Source: Spirochaetia bacterium (lineage in GTDB: Bacteria > Spirochaetota > Spirochaetia > SZUA-6 > Bin103). Taken from it: a DNA stretch of 64,000 bases. Under the pieces are notes generated by a model. That model was not told where the DNA came from, ran no database searches, and saw only the letters and a program-made list of their open reading frames with translations. A program made the position numbers and the translations under genes. The stretch is from assembly GCA_965203515.1 (NCBI GenBank), contig OZ241907.1:1088001-1152000 (forward strand), given 5' to 3'. The first letter of the stretch is position 1, and every line of letters starts with the position of its first letter. Shown here one piece after another: positions 1 to 9,298 of the stretch.

Positions 1-1
1 G

Positions 2-685
2 CAGGCCGATCACCTGCAGCTCGGCGCGGCGGTCTCCTGCGCCGCGTTGAGCGAACGGGACGACGTCCGCGCGGCCTTTCCCGGCCTGGTGGAGTCGGCG
101 GAGCTGATCGGCTCCACGCAGATACAGAGCCGCGCCACCCTGGGCGGCAACCTGTGCAACGCCAGCCCGGCCGCCGACACGGTGCCGGCGCTGATGGCGC
201 TCGACGCGCAGGCGGTGATCGCCGGTCCGGGAGGAACGCGCACGGTCCGGGTGACCGACGTGCCGACCGGCCCCGGCGCCACCTCGCTGGCGGCCGGCGA
301 GATCGTCGTCGCGTTCCGCATCCCCGTGCCGCCGGCCCGCTCGGCCGACGCGTACCAGCGGTTCATCCCGCGCACGGAGATGGATATCGCCGTGGTCGGC
401 GTGGGAGTGAGCGTGACCCTGGACGCGGCCGGCGTCTGCACGGCGGCGCGGGTCGCGCTCGGCGCGGTCGCTCCCACCGCGTTCGTCGCCCAGGAAGCGG
501 GCGCCGCCCTGACCGGCACCGATCTGGGCGATGCGGCGCTGGCGGAGGCGGGGCGGCGGGCGTCGGCTGCGGCGCGGCCGATCAGCGACCGCCGCGGCAC
601 CGTCGAGTTCCGGCACGACGTGACCGAGGTATTGACCCGCCGCACCGCGGCCGCGGCGCGCGACCGCGCGCTGGCGCGAACCTGA
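2..685 (+). CDS. Xanthine dehydrogenase/CoxM-family FAD-binding subunit (5' truncated by window edge)
   Basis: Motifs QIQSRATLGGNLCNASPAAD and PISDRRGTVEFR; frame is open from base 2; first gene of an M-S-L cluster. Confidence 0.9.
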   Translation, partial: QADHLQLGAAVSCAALSERDDVRAAFPGLVESAELIGSTQIQSRATLGGNLCNASPAADTVPALMALDAQAVIAGPGGTRTVRVTDVPTGPGATSLAAGEIVVAFRIPVPPARSADAYQRFIPRTEMDIAVVGVGVSVTLDAAGVCTAARVALGAVAPTAFVAQEAGAALTGTDLGDAALAEAGRRASAAARPISDRRGTVEFRHDVTEVLTRRTAAAARDRALART

Positions 686-725
686 TGCGCGACAGCCTGA
701 CAACGCGAGAGAGGAATCAGAACGA

Positions 726-1196
726 ATGGCCAAGATTCACGTAGAGACGACCGTCAACGGCGACCCGACCGAGTTCCTGTGTGAGGCGCACCAGAGCCTC
801 TCCGAGGTGCTGCGGGAGGATCTGCACCTGTTCGGCACCAAGGAAGGCTGCACCACCGGCGACTGCGGCGCGTGCACCGTCGTGCTGGACGGCCGCATCG
901 TCTGCTCCTGTCTGGTGCTCGCCGCCGAAGCGCAGGAGAAGAGCATCGACACGATCGAGGGGGTCGCCGACGGCGAGCATCTGCATCCCCTGCAGGAGGC
1001 GTTCCTGGAGAACGCGGCGCTGCAGTGCGGCGTGTGCACGCCGGGCTTCATCGTCGCCGCCAAGAACCTGCTGGAACGGAACCCGAATCCGTCCGAGCAG
1101 GAGATCCGCTACTGGCTGGCCGGCAACCTGTGCCGCTGCACCGGCTACGACAAGATCATTCGCGCGGTGCAGCAAGCCGCCGCGGCAATCGGGTAG
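726..1196 (+). CDS. Mo-hydroxylase 2x[2Fe-2S] small subunit (CoxS-like)
   Basis: GTKEGCTTGDCGACTV, QCGVCTPG and GNLCRCTGY cysteine motifs; AGAGGA upstream. Confidence 0.95.
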   Translation: MAKIHVETTVNGDPTEFLCEAHQSLSEVLREDLHLFGTKEGCTTGDCGACTVVLDGRIVCSCLVLAAEAQEKSIDTIEGVADGEHLHPLQEAFLENAALQCGVCTPGFIVAAKNLLERNPNPSEQEIRYWLAGNLCRCTGYDKIIRAVQQAAAAIG

Positions 1197-1210
1197 GAGG
1201 TAGGAAACCC

Positions 1211-3517
1211 ATGGCTCAGACGAACGGCAAGGACGGCTCCGGCAACGGCTTCAAGGTTCTCGGCACCCGGCCGGTCCGCCACGACGGCCTCGACAAGGTG
1301 ACCGGGCACGCCAACTACGGCGCCGACCTGGCGCTGCCCGGCATGCTGTACGCGAAGTTCGTGCGCAGCCCGCACGCGCACGCGCGCATCCGGTCGATCG
1401 ACGCCTCCGGGGCGGAGGCGATGCCCGGCGTCAAGGCGGTGGTGACCGGCGCCGACTTCCCGCCGCCGCCGGTCGGCATCGCCGAGTCGGGCGAGACGCC
1501 GGCCGACTTTTCCGACCTGGCGCGCAACGTGATGGCGCAGGACAAGGCGCTCTATCACGGCCACGCGATCGCCGCCGTGGCGGCGACCACCGTCCGGCAG
1601 GCCGAGGAGGCGGTCAAGCGGGTCGCCGTCGAGTACGACGTGCTGCCGCCGGTGCTCGACGTGCGCGACGCCATGCGCGACGACGCGCCGGTGCTGCACG
1701 AGTCGATGCGCACCAGGGGGCTCGCCGATGCTCCCGACCGCCCCACCAACGTCGCCAGCTATTCGGTCTACGAGCTGGGCGACGTCGAGGCCGGGTTCGC
1801 GGCGGCCGACGTGGTGATCGAGCGCGAGCACACCGTGAACACGGTCCATCAGGGCTACATCGAGCCGCACGCCGCGGTGGTGCGCACCAGCGAGGACGGC
1901 CAGGTGACGATCTGGGCGTCCAGCCAGGGTCACTTCATGATCCGCGAGCTCTGCGCGCAGCTCCTGCACCTCGACATCTCCCAGATCAAGGTGATCCCCG
2001 CCGAGATCGGCGGCGGCTTCGGCGGCAAGACCACCGTCTACCTGGAGCCGGTCGGCATCCTGCTGTCGCGCAAGACCGACCGGCCGGTGAAGCTGGTGAT
2101 GACGCGCGACGAGGTCTTTCGCGCCTCCGGTCCGGCGCCGGCCTCCTACATCCGCTGCAAGCTCGGCGCCACCCGGGACGGCCGGCTGACCGCCGGCACC
2201 GCCTACATGGCGTACGAGGCGGGCGCCTTCCCGGGCTCCGCGGTCGGCGCCGGCATGATGGGCATCTTCGCCCCGTACGATCTGGCCAACCTCAAGATCG
2301 AAGGCTACGACGTGTGCGTGAACAAGCCCAAGTCGACCGCGTACCGGGCGCCGGGGGCTCCCAACGCCACCTTCTCCGCGGAGACGATCCTGGAGGAGAT
2401 CGCCGCCAAGCTCGGCATCGAATCGATCGACATCCGGCTGCGCAACGCCGCGACCGAAGGCGTGGTCAACGCCACCGGCGTGGCGTGGCCGCGCATCGGC
2501 CTGCAGGAGACGCTGGAGGCGGCGCGGGATCATCCCCACTACGGCGCGCCGCTCGGACCCAACCAGGGGCGCGGCGTCGCCGCCGGTTGGTGGATGAACG
2601 CCGGCGGGCTGTCGTCGGCGACGCTGCAGATCAACGAGGACGGCACCGCCTCGGTCGCCGAGGGGAGCCCGGACATCGGCGGTACGCGCGCGGTGATGGC
2701 GATGATCGTCTCCGAGGAGCTGGGGATTCCGGTCGACAAGGTGCGCCCGCTGGTGGCCGACACCGAATCGGTCGCCTACACCGGCGTCACCGGCGGCAGC
2801 CGCGTCGCCTACGCCACCGGCTGGGCGGTCACCAACGCCTGCCGCGACGCGATCCGGCAGATGCGCGAGTGCGCGGCCAAGATCTGGGACGTCGACGCCG
2901 GCCGGGTCGAGTGGTCCGACGGCAAGGCGGTCCTGACCGGCGGCGGCAAGGAGCTGACCCTCAAGGAGATCGTCGCCGAGGCGCACGCCACCGGCGGCAT
3001 GATCACCTCCGCCAGCTCGATCAACGCGCCCGGCGCGGCGGCCGCCTTCGGGACGCACGTCGCCGACGTCGAAGTCGACCCGGAGACCGGCCGCGTGCTG
3101 GTCACCCGCTACACGGTGTGCCAGGACGCCGGCAAGGCGCTGCATCCGTCCTACGTCGAGGGACAGATGCAGGGCGGCGCCGCGCAGGGCATCGGTTGGG
3201 CGATCAACGAAGAATACCTGTTTAGTGCCGACGGCGTGATGGAGAACGCCGGCTTCCTCGATTACCGGATGCCGGTAGCCCTGGACCTGCCGATGATCGA
3301 CACCGTGATCGTGGAGGTGCCAAACCCCCGGCATCCGTACGGGGTGCGCGGCGTGGGCGAGGTGCCGATCGTCCCGCCCCTGGCGGCGATCGCCAACGCG
3401 ATCTACGCGGCGGTCGGCGTACGCATGACCGCCTGCCCGATGTCGCCGCCGCGCGTGCTCGCGGCGCTCAAGGCGAACCGGGCGCGCGCGCCGCAGCACG
3501 CGGCCGCGGCCGGGTAG
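1211..3517 (+). CDS. Xanthine dehydrogenase-family molybdopterin-binding large subunit (not a form I CO dehydrogenase)
   Basis: VHQGYIEPH, GGGFGGK, AYRAPG, QMQGG, GVGEVP; start placed at ATG 1211 after GGAGGT; lacks the AYxCSFR loop. Confidence 0.93.
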   Translation: MAQTNGKDGSGNGFKVLGTRPVRHDGLDKVTGHANYGADLALPGMLYAKFVRSPHAHARIRSIDASGAEAMPGVKAVVTGADFPPPPVGIAESGETPADFSDLARNVMAQDKALYHGHAIAAVAATTVRQAEEAVKRVAVEYDVLPPVLDVRDAMRDDAPVLHESMRTRGLADAPDRPTNVASYSVYELGDVEAGFAAADVVIEREHTVNTVHQGYIEPHAAVVRTSEDGQVTIWASSQGHFMIRELCAQLLHLDISQIKVIPAEIGGGFGGKTTVYLEPVGILLSRKTDRPVKLVMTRDEVFRASGPAPASYIRCKLGATRDGRLTAGTAYMAYEAGAFPGSAVGAGMMGIFAPYDLANLKIEGYDVCVNKPKSTAYRAPGAPNATFSAETILEEIAAKLGIESIDIRLRNAATEGVVNATGVAWPRIGLQETLEAARDHPHYGAPLGPNQGRGVAAGWWMNAGGLSSATLQINEDGTASVAEGSPDIGGTRAVMAMIVSEELGIPVDKVRPLVADTESVAYTGVTGGSRVAYATGWAVTNACRDAIRQMRECAAKIWDVDAGRVEWSDGKAVLTGGGKELTLKEIVAEAHATGGMITSASSINAPGAAAAFGTHVADVEVDPETGRVLVTRYTVCQDAGKALHPSYVEGQMQGGAAQGIGWAINEEYLFSADGVMENAGFLDYRMPVALDLPMIDTVIVEVPNPRHPYGVRGVGEVPIVPPLAAIANAIYAAVGVRMTACPMSPPRVLAALKANRARAPQHAAAAG

Positions 3518-3551
3518 GGCGGGGTCAGGCGCGGCGGGACGGCGTAGCGGC

Positions 3552-3806
3552 GTGCGGGTCGAGATTCCTGCCCGCTTCCGGACCTTCACCGGCGGCGTGG
3601 CCGAGGTGGAGAGTTCGGCGGCGACCGTGCGCGCGCTGATCGACGAGTTGGACGCGCGGTTTCCCGGCCTCGGCCGGGAGCTGCGCCTCACCTCCGCGGT
3701 CGCCGTCGACGGCGACATCATCGCCGACAATCTCCGGGCGGCGTCGCTCAAGCGGATCGATCGGGCGGAACGGATCCTGTTCGTGCCGGCCGTGAGCGGC
3801 GGCTGA
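3552..3806 (+). CDS. MoaD/ThiS-family sulfur carrier protein
   Basis: 84 aa, ubiquitin-like size, C-terminal PAVSGG; directly follows a molybdoenzyme operon. Confidence 0.85.
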   Translation: MRVEIPARFRTFTGGVAEVESSAATVRALIDELDARFPGLGRELRLTSAVAVDGDIIADNLRAASLKRIDRAERILFVPAVSGG

Positions 3807-3810
3807 CCGG

Positions 3811-4461
3811 GTGCTCGATCGAACGGCGCCGGCGGTCGAGGGACCGGCGGTCAAGGGGCCGCCGGCGACGCTCAAGCCGCACGCCGGCCGGCGCAAGGCG
3901 GCGGTGTTGCTGACGGCGCTGGGACCGGAGGCTGCGTCTTCGGTCTTCGAGCACCTGCGCGAGGACGAGGTGGAGCAGCTCTCCGCGGAGATGGCCGGCC
4001 TGCAGGCCGGCCTGCAGTCGATCGCCGCGGAGGAGCGCGACGACGTGCTGATGGAGCTGGGCGAGCAGGTGGCCGCCAACCGCTGGGCGGCGGTCGAGGG
4101 TCCGCGCCACGCCGGCGAGCTGCCCGCCGGCTCCGCCCGGTCGCCGTACCCGGTCGCCGTCCCGGTCACGGCCACGCCGGCCGCCCTGTTGCGCCAGGTG
4201 CGCGGCACCGCCCCCGAACGGCTGCACCGCCTGCTCCGCTACGCCCCGATCGACACGATCGCGCTCATACTGGCGCACCTCGACCCGGCGGACGCCTGCA
4301 CCGTGCTCGGCAACCTGCCGGTCACGACCCAGGCGGACGTGGCCGAACGGATCGCCGCGTTGGACCGCACGGCTCCCGAGCTGGTGCGCGAGGCGGCCCG
4401 GATGCTCGACGCCGCCGAACCCGCCGCCGCCGGGCCTGCCGCCGCCGGGCCTGCCGCATGA
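3811..4461 (+). CDS. Truncated FliG-like protein (N-terminal and middle domains only)
   Basis: GRRKAAVLLTALGPEAASSVFEHLREDEVEQL resembles FliG-N; TIALILAHLDP..QADVAERIAALDRTAPE resembles FliG-M; no FliG-C. Confidence 0.75.
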   Translation: MLDRTAPAVEGPAVKGPPATLKPHAGRRKAAVLLTALGPEAASSVFEHLREDEVEQLSAEMAGLQAGLQSIAAEERDDVLMELGEQVAANRWAAVEGPRHAGELPAGSARSPYPVAVPVTATPAALLRQVRGTAPERLHRLLRYAPIDTIALILAHLDPADACTVLGNLPVTTQADVAERIAALDRTAPELVREAARMLDAAEPAAAGPAAAGPAA

Positions 4462-5201
4462 CCGGCGTGCGGGCGCGGCTGCTGGCGCTGCTCGCCGGGG
4501 TCGCCGCCGGCGGCGTGGCGGTGGCGGAGCCGTTCGCGGTGGTGGAGCTCTTCACCTCGCAGGGGTGCAGCTCGTGTCCCGGCGCGGAGGCGGTGCTGCG
4601 CGACCTGAGCGCCCACGCGCGCGAGTCCGGCCGGCGCGTCTTTCCGATCGAGTGGCACGTCGACTACTGGGACCGCCTGGGCTGGCCCGACCCGTTCGGC
4701 GACCCGGACTACACGCGCCGCCAACGGCGCTACGCGCGAGCTCTCGGCGAGCGCACGATCTACACGCCGCAGATCATCGTCAACGGGACCGCCGTGGTGC
4801 GGCCGGCGCAACGGCGGCAACTCGTCTTCGACGCGATGGAGTCGGCGCTCGCCGCACCGGCGAAGGCGGACGTGTCGCTGACCGCCGACCTGGCGGACGG
4901 ATCGCTGCGGGTGACCTACGCGGTGCGCGATGCCCCGCGGCGCGCCGCCATGGTGCTGATCGTCGTCGAGCGCGGCCTGGGCAATCACGTGCCGCGCGGG
5001 GAGAACGCGGGCAGGACGCTCCGCCATGACGAGGTCGCGCGGGCGCTCCACGACCTGGGCAGGATCGGGCGGCAGGCGTCCGGCACCGCCGATCTGGCGC
5101 TGCCGGACGAGGTCGACGCGGCGAAGGCGTCCGTGATCGCCATCGTGCACGACGCCGTCACCCAGGAGATCCTGGGCGCCGCCGGCGTCGATCTGGCGTA
5201 A
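4458..5201 (+). CDS. DUF1223-family secreted thioredoxin-like protein
   Basis: Signal peptide, VVELFTSQGCSSCP, WHVDYWDRLGWPDPF, YTPQ, RGENAGRTLRH. Confidence 0.9.
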   Translation: MTGVRARLLALLAGVAAGGVAVAEPFAVVELFTSQGCSSCPGAEAVLRDLSAHARESGRRVFPIEWHVDYWDRLGWPDPFGDPDYTRRQRRYARALGERTIYTPQIIVNGTAVVRPAQRRQLVFDAMESALAAPAKADVSLTADLADGSLRVTYAVRDAPRRAAMVLIVVERGLGNHVPRGENAGRTLRHDEVARALHDLGRIGRQASGTADLALPDEVDAAKASVIAIVHDAVTQEILGAAGVDLA

Positions 5202-5206
5202 GTTCC

Positions 5207-6445
5207 CTGACCGATCACCGCGTCGATTCGTACCGTACGCGCTTCGGCCTGCTGATCGGCGCGTTCGCCCTGTTCGGGGCGGGCATGACCCTGTTCGAGA
5301 TCAACTTTCCGCACTTCCTGCGCGGTCAGTTTCAGATGGGCGCCGGGTTCCGCAGCTTCCTGGAGTTCCCGCGCGAGTCGCAGGGCTTCGCCGTGGTCTT
5401 CTACGCGGTGCTGATGGGGGCGGCGACCGAGCGGCGGCTGTTCGCGCTGTCGGCGGCGGTGACCGCGGCCGGCATGACGGCGCTGGCGCTGCTGCCGGCG
5501 CGCGCCATCCCGGACTCGATCGCCGGTCTGGCGCCGGCGCTGCCGCTCATCGGCCTGATGATGGTGCACAGCGCCGGCATGCACCTGGCGATGGTCATGG
5601 AGCAGTCGATCATCATCGAGTCCGGGGAACTGGACGGCGCCGGGCGGCGGCTCGGCTGGGTCGCCTTCTGGCGGACGATCGCCGCGCTGGCCGCGGCGCT
5701 CGCCATCCTGGGGATCGGAGCGCTGTTCGACGTCGGCTACCGGCCCTACTTCATCGCCGGGGCGGCGCTGTCGCTGGCCGCCGCGGCGCTCATCCTGGCC
5801 GCCGCGCGCGGCCATCCGGGCGCCCGCGGCAGCCGCCGGCGCCTGCGGTTCGAGCGCCGGTTCAACCGCTACTACCTGCTGTGCGCGCTGTTCGGCGTGC
5901 GCAAGCAGGTCTTCATCACCTTCGCGCTGTGGGCGCTGGTGACGATCTACGAGCAGCCGCTCAGCACCGTGGCGCTGCTCTGGTTCCTGTTCTCGGCCGC
6001 CGGGTTGGTCACGCAGCCGCTGATCGGCGCGGTCATCGATCGCGTGGGCCCGCGTCTCACCCTGACCGTCGACGCGCTGCTGCTGGTGGTGGTCTGCCTG
6101 CTGTACGGATTCGCGGAGCGCCTGTTCGTCCCCGGCGCGGCGATCGTCGTGGTCGGCGCCACCTACGTGCTCGACCACCTGCTCTTCTTCGCCGGGTCGG
6201 CGCGCGCGGTCTACGCCGGCAGCGTCACCTCCGGCCGCGCCGACCTGTCGCCGACGCTGTCGATGGGGGTGACGATCGACCACGTCTTCTCGATGTCGGT
6301 GCCGCTCGCCGGCGGCGTGCTCTGGAAGGCGTTCGGCTACGAGTTCGTCTTTCTGGCGGCGGCCGCGATCGCCGGCGTGACCGCCGTGGTCGCCGCCGGC
6401 ATCCGCGCCCCCCGGCCGGAAGCCGAACCGGTCAGCCGCGCCTGA
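5207..6445 (+). CDS. MFS transporter (start uncertain: CTG 5207 or ATG 5285)
   Basis: Multiple hydrophobic helices, GAVIDRVGPR loop motif; the first TM helix lies partly upstream of ATG 5285. Confidence 0.8.
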   Translation: MTDHRVDSYRTRFGLLIGAFALFGAGMTLFEINFPHFLRGQFQMGAGFRSFLEFPRESQGFAVVFYAVLMGAATERRLFALSAAVTAAGMTALALLPARAIPDSIAGLAPALPLIGLMMVHSAGMHLAMVMEQSIIIESGELDGAGRRLGWVAFWRTIAALAAALAILGIGALFDVGYRPYFIAGAALSLAAAALILAAARGHPGARGSRRRLRFERRFNRYYLLCALFGVRKQVFITFALWALVTIYEQPLSTVALLWFLFSAAGLVTQPLIGAVIDRVGPRLTLTVDALLLVVVCLLYGFAERLFVPGAAIVVVGATYVLDHLLFFAGSARAVYAGSVTSGRADLSPTLSMGVTIDHVFSMSVPLAGGVLWKAFGYEFVFLAAAAIAGVTAVVAAGIRAPRPEAEPVSRA

Positions 6446-6513
6446 GCGCCGATCACACAGAACGGCGCGGCGCTATCGCCGGTGCGCTATCGCCGGCCGG
6501 CGCCGGTCTGACG

Positions 6514-6519
6514 TAGAAT
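6514..6519 (+). promoter_or_regulatory. -10 box TAGAAT, 6 nt before GTG 6526 (probable leaderless promoter)
   Basis: TAGAAT then GGATGC then GTG; no Shine-Dalgarno. Confidence 0.5.
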
Positions 6520-6525
6520 GGATGC

Positions 6526-7659
6526 GTGAACGACTCGAAAGCACGGCGAAGCGATCGCCGACTACTGCGCCCGCTCCGGCCGGCGTGGCTGGGAATCGTC
6601 GGCTCGGCGGCCTTGCTGGCCGTCGCGTGCCAGGCCGACGAAGGGGCAGCGGCCGACGACCGGGCCGCGATCGACGACGCGGCCGCGGCCGACCTGGGGC
6701 CCGGCCTGTATGCGGTGATGGAGACCGACCGCGGCACGATCGTCCTGCGGCTGGAGCACGAGCTGGTGCCGCTGACGGTCGCCAACTTCGTCGGCCTGGC
6801 GGAAGGGACCATCGACTTCACCGGCAAGAGAGCCGGGCCCTTCTACGACGGCATCACCTTTCACCGCGTGGTCGACGACTTCATGATCCAGGGAGGGGAC
6901 CCGACCGGCACCGGCCGCGGCGAGCCCGGCTACCGGTTCGCGGACGAGTTCCATCCGTCGCTGCGCCATGACCGCCCCGGCACCCTGTCGATGGCCAACT
7001 CCGGCCCGAACACCAACGGCAGCCAGTTCTTCATCACCCACGTGGAGACGCCGTGGCTCGACGACCGCCACGCCGTGTTCGGCTACGTGGTCACCGGCCA
7101 GGAGGTGGTCGACGCGATCCGCCAGGGCGACACGATCGAGGCCGTGCGCATTCTGCGCGTCGGGTCGGCCGCCGAGGCGTTCCGGGTCGACCAGCCGATG
7201 TTCGACGAGCTGCGCAGCGGCGGCCAGGCGCGGTCGGCCGAGCTGGCGGCCGCCGCCCGCGCCGAGGCGGACGCCGAGGTGCGCCGCCGCTGGCCCGGCG
7301 CGACGGTGACGGAATCGGGCCTCCGCTTCCTGGTGGAGCAGCCGGGCGAAGGGGATGAACGGCCCGGCGCCCGCACCTATGTGGCAGTCCACTACGTCGG
7401 CAACCTGCTGGACGGAACGGTATTCGACAGCTCGCGCGACCGCGGCGAGCCGGCGGTCTTTCGGGTCAACCAGGTGATCCCCGGTTGGCAGGAGGCGTTG
7501 CAGGACATGCGGCGCGGCGAGCGGCGCACGCTGATCGTGCCGCCGGAGCTCGCCTACGGCGACCGCGGCGTCCCGCAGGCGGGAATACCGCCCGACGCCT
7601 ACCTCGTGTTCGACGTCGAGCTGCTGCGGTTTCCGGTCGATGCGCCCGGTGGAGGCTAG
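6526..7659 (+). CDS. Dual cyclophilin + FKBP peptidyl-prolyl isomerase, probable lipoprotein
   Basis: [15 protein letters not shown] and [17 protein letters not shown] (cyclophilin); VHYVG..FDSS and VIPGWQE..PELAYG (FKBP); lipobox LLAVAC. Confidence 0.93.
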   Translation: MNDSKARRSDRRLLRPLRPAWLGIVGSAALLAVACQADEGAAADDRAAIDDAAAADLGPGLYAVMETDRGTIVLRLEHELVPLTVANFVGLAEGTIDFTGKRAGPFYDGITFHRVVDDFMIQGGDPTGTGRGEPGYRFADEFHPSLRHDRPGTLSMANSGPNTNGSQFFITHVETPWLDDRHAVFGYVVTGQEVVDAIRQGDTIEAVRILRVGSAAEAFRVDQPMFDELRSGGQARSAELAAAARAEADAEVRRRWPGATVTESGLRFLVEQPGEGDERPGARTYVAVHYVGNLLDGTVFDSSRDRGEPAVFRVNQVIPGWQEALQDMRRGERRTLIVPPELAYGDRGVPQAGIPPDAYLVFDVELLRFPVDAPGGG

Positions 7660-8269
7660 CGGTCGGTCGTCCCGAACGCTGGACAAGGCGCAGATCGCGG
7701 CCCTGCCGCTCGGATCGTTTCCCGGCGCGATCCACGTCGCCGACTCGCCCAAGGCGGTGGCCGCGGCGCTCACGGCGTTGGACGGCGTCGGCGTGCTGGG
7801 CCTGGACACCGAGACGCGGCCCTCGTTCAAGCGGGGCGAGCGCCATCCGGTCGCCGTCCTGCAGCTCGCCTCCGCCGATCAGGCGGTGCTGGTGCAGCTC
7901 CACTGGGCCGGGCTGCCGCCGCCGTTGCGCGAGCTGTTGGAGTCGGAGCGGATCGTCAAGGCGGCGCAGGCGCCGGCGGATGAGTTGCGCTCGCTCCGCA
8001 GCATCTACGGCGTATCCCCGCGCGGCGTGGTCGACGTGGGCCGCATCGTGCGCGACGCCGGCTACGCGCCCAGCAGCGTACGCGGGCAGGCCGCGCACTT
8101 CCTGGGCATCCGCATCTCCAAGAGCGCCCAGGTGTCGAATTGGGCCGGCCGCCGGCTGAGCCCGGCGCAGCAGCGGTACGCGGCCACGGACGCCTGGGTC
8201 TGCCGGCAGAGCTATCTGGCACTGCGGGCGGCCAGCGGCCAGACGGCCGGCGGCGAAGCGGCGCGGTGA
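7640..8269 (+). CDS. DEDDy 3'-5' exonuclease (RNase D/WRN-exo-like)
   Basis: [11 protein letters not shown] and [18 protein letters not shown] motifs. Confidence 0.88.
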   Translation: MRPVEASGRSSRTLDKAQIAALPLGSFPGAIHVADSPKAVAAALTALDGVGVLGLDTETRPSFKRGERHPVAVLQLASADQAVLVQLHWAGLPPPLRELLESERIVKAAQAPADELRSLRSIYGVSPRGVVDVGRIVRDAGYAPSSVRGQAAHFLGIRISKSAQVSNWAGRRLSPAQQRYAATDAWVCRQSYLALRAASGQTAGGEAAR

Positions 8270-8898
8270 GGGCATTCGGCCGCCTGGCGGCCGCCGGTCT
8301 GGCCGCGGTCGCGCTGACCGCCTGCGTCGACCTGGAGATGCGCTTCGTCATGCGGCGCGACGGCGCCGGCCGCGTGGAGCTGCGGTACCTCCTGCCGGCG
8401 GACGCGCTTACCCTGCTCGACCCCGTGAACGGCGCGCCGTCCCTGCCGCTGCCGCTCACCCGCGCCGACTTCGAAGCGGCGCTCGCCGGCGCCGAGGGGG
8501 CGCGCCTGCGCCGGTTCCGGCGGACCGATGACGACGGCGAGGTGCGAGTCAGCGCCTCGATCGCCTTCGACAGCGTCGAAGCCCTGCGGACCGTCACCGG
8601 CTTCGACGGCCTGCCGGTCTCGATCACGGCCGCCGGCGACGGCGTGGTCGAGCTGGCGCAGCGCGTGATCCCCGCGCGCGCCGCCGCAGACGCCCCGGAC
8701 CCGACCGTGGTCGAGCTGGCGCAGGCGCTGGCCGGCGAATCGCGGGTGACCTTCGTGGTCGTCGCGCCGACCTCCATCGAGTCCGCCGCCGGGGCGACGA
8801 TCGACGACGACGGACGCACGGCGCGCTTCTCGCGGTCGCTGGCCGATTACCTCACCGACCCCGGGCCGGTCGATCTGATCGTGCGGTGGCGGGGTTGA
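8266..8898 (+). CDS. Hypothetical lipoprotein (LppM/DUF3153-like)
   Basis: GTGA overlap with the upstream stop; lipobox ALTAC followed by ..RRDGAGRV. Confidence 0.65.
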   Translation: MRAFGRLAAAGLAAVALTACVDLEMRFVMRRDGAGRVELRYLLPADALTLLDPVNGAPSLPLPLTRADFEAALAGAEGARLRRFRRTDDDGEVRVSASIAFDSVEALRTVTGFDGLPVSITAAGDGVVELAQRVIPARAAADAPDPTVVELAQALAGESRVTFVVVAPTSIESAAGATIDDDGRTARFSRSLADYLTDPGPVDLIVRWRG

Positions 8899-8923
8899 CG
8901 CGCGCGGCGAAAGTGCCGATAGT
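8895..8923 (+). promoter_or_regulatory. Sigma70-like promoter of the V-ATPase operon
   Basis: TTGACG (8895-8900), 17 nt, GATAGT (8918-8923). Confidence 0.5.
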
Positions 8924-8985
8924 AACGGTACCAGCCGCCTGATTCCCCCCTTTAGGCCAATACCCATTTGGAGCTCGGTACGACG

Positions 8986-9291
8986 ATGGACGTTCTCAAA
9001 GACGTGAAGAAGGCGGAGGAAGACGCCGAGCGCATCGAGCAGGATTACCGCATCAAAGCCTCCGAGCTGCTTGCCTCCGTGACCGCCAGAATCGACGAAC
9101 GCCGCCGGGAGTTGACCACCGAGCTCGACGCCGAGCTCGACCGGCGCACGGCCGAGCTCGATCGTGAGTTCCAGTCGGAACGGGACGCGATCGTGGCCTC
9201 CGGGCGCACGCAGCGCGAAGCGGCGGAAGCGGCGGCCCGCACTCACCGCGACGCGGCGCTGCAACTGATCCTGAATCGATTGCAGCGGTAG
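8986..9291 (+). CDS. V/A-type ATPase peripheral-stalk subunit G/H
   Basis: About 100 aa, charged coiled coil (MDVLKDVKKAEEDAERI); first gene of the operon. Confidence 0.75.
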   Translation: MDVLKDVKKAEEDAERIEQDYRIKASELLASVTARIDERRRELTTELDAELDRRTAELDREFQSERDAIVASGRTQREAAEAAARTHRDAALQLILNRLQR

Positions 9292-9298
9292 TCGACGC

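Noticed and set aside
1211..3517. Aerobic CO dehydrogenase CoxL
   Set aside because: Lacks the Cu-binding AYxCSFR motif; no coxDEFG accessory genes adjacent
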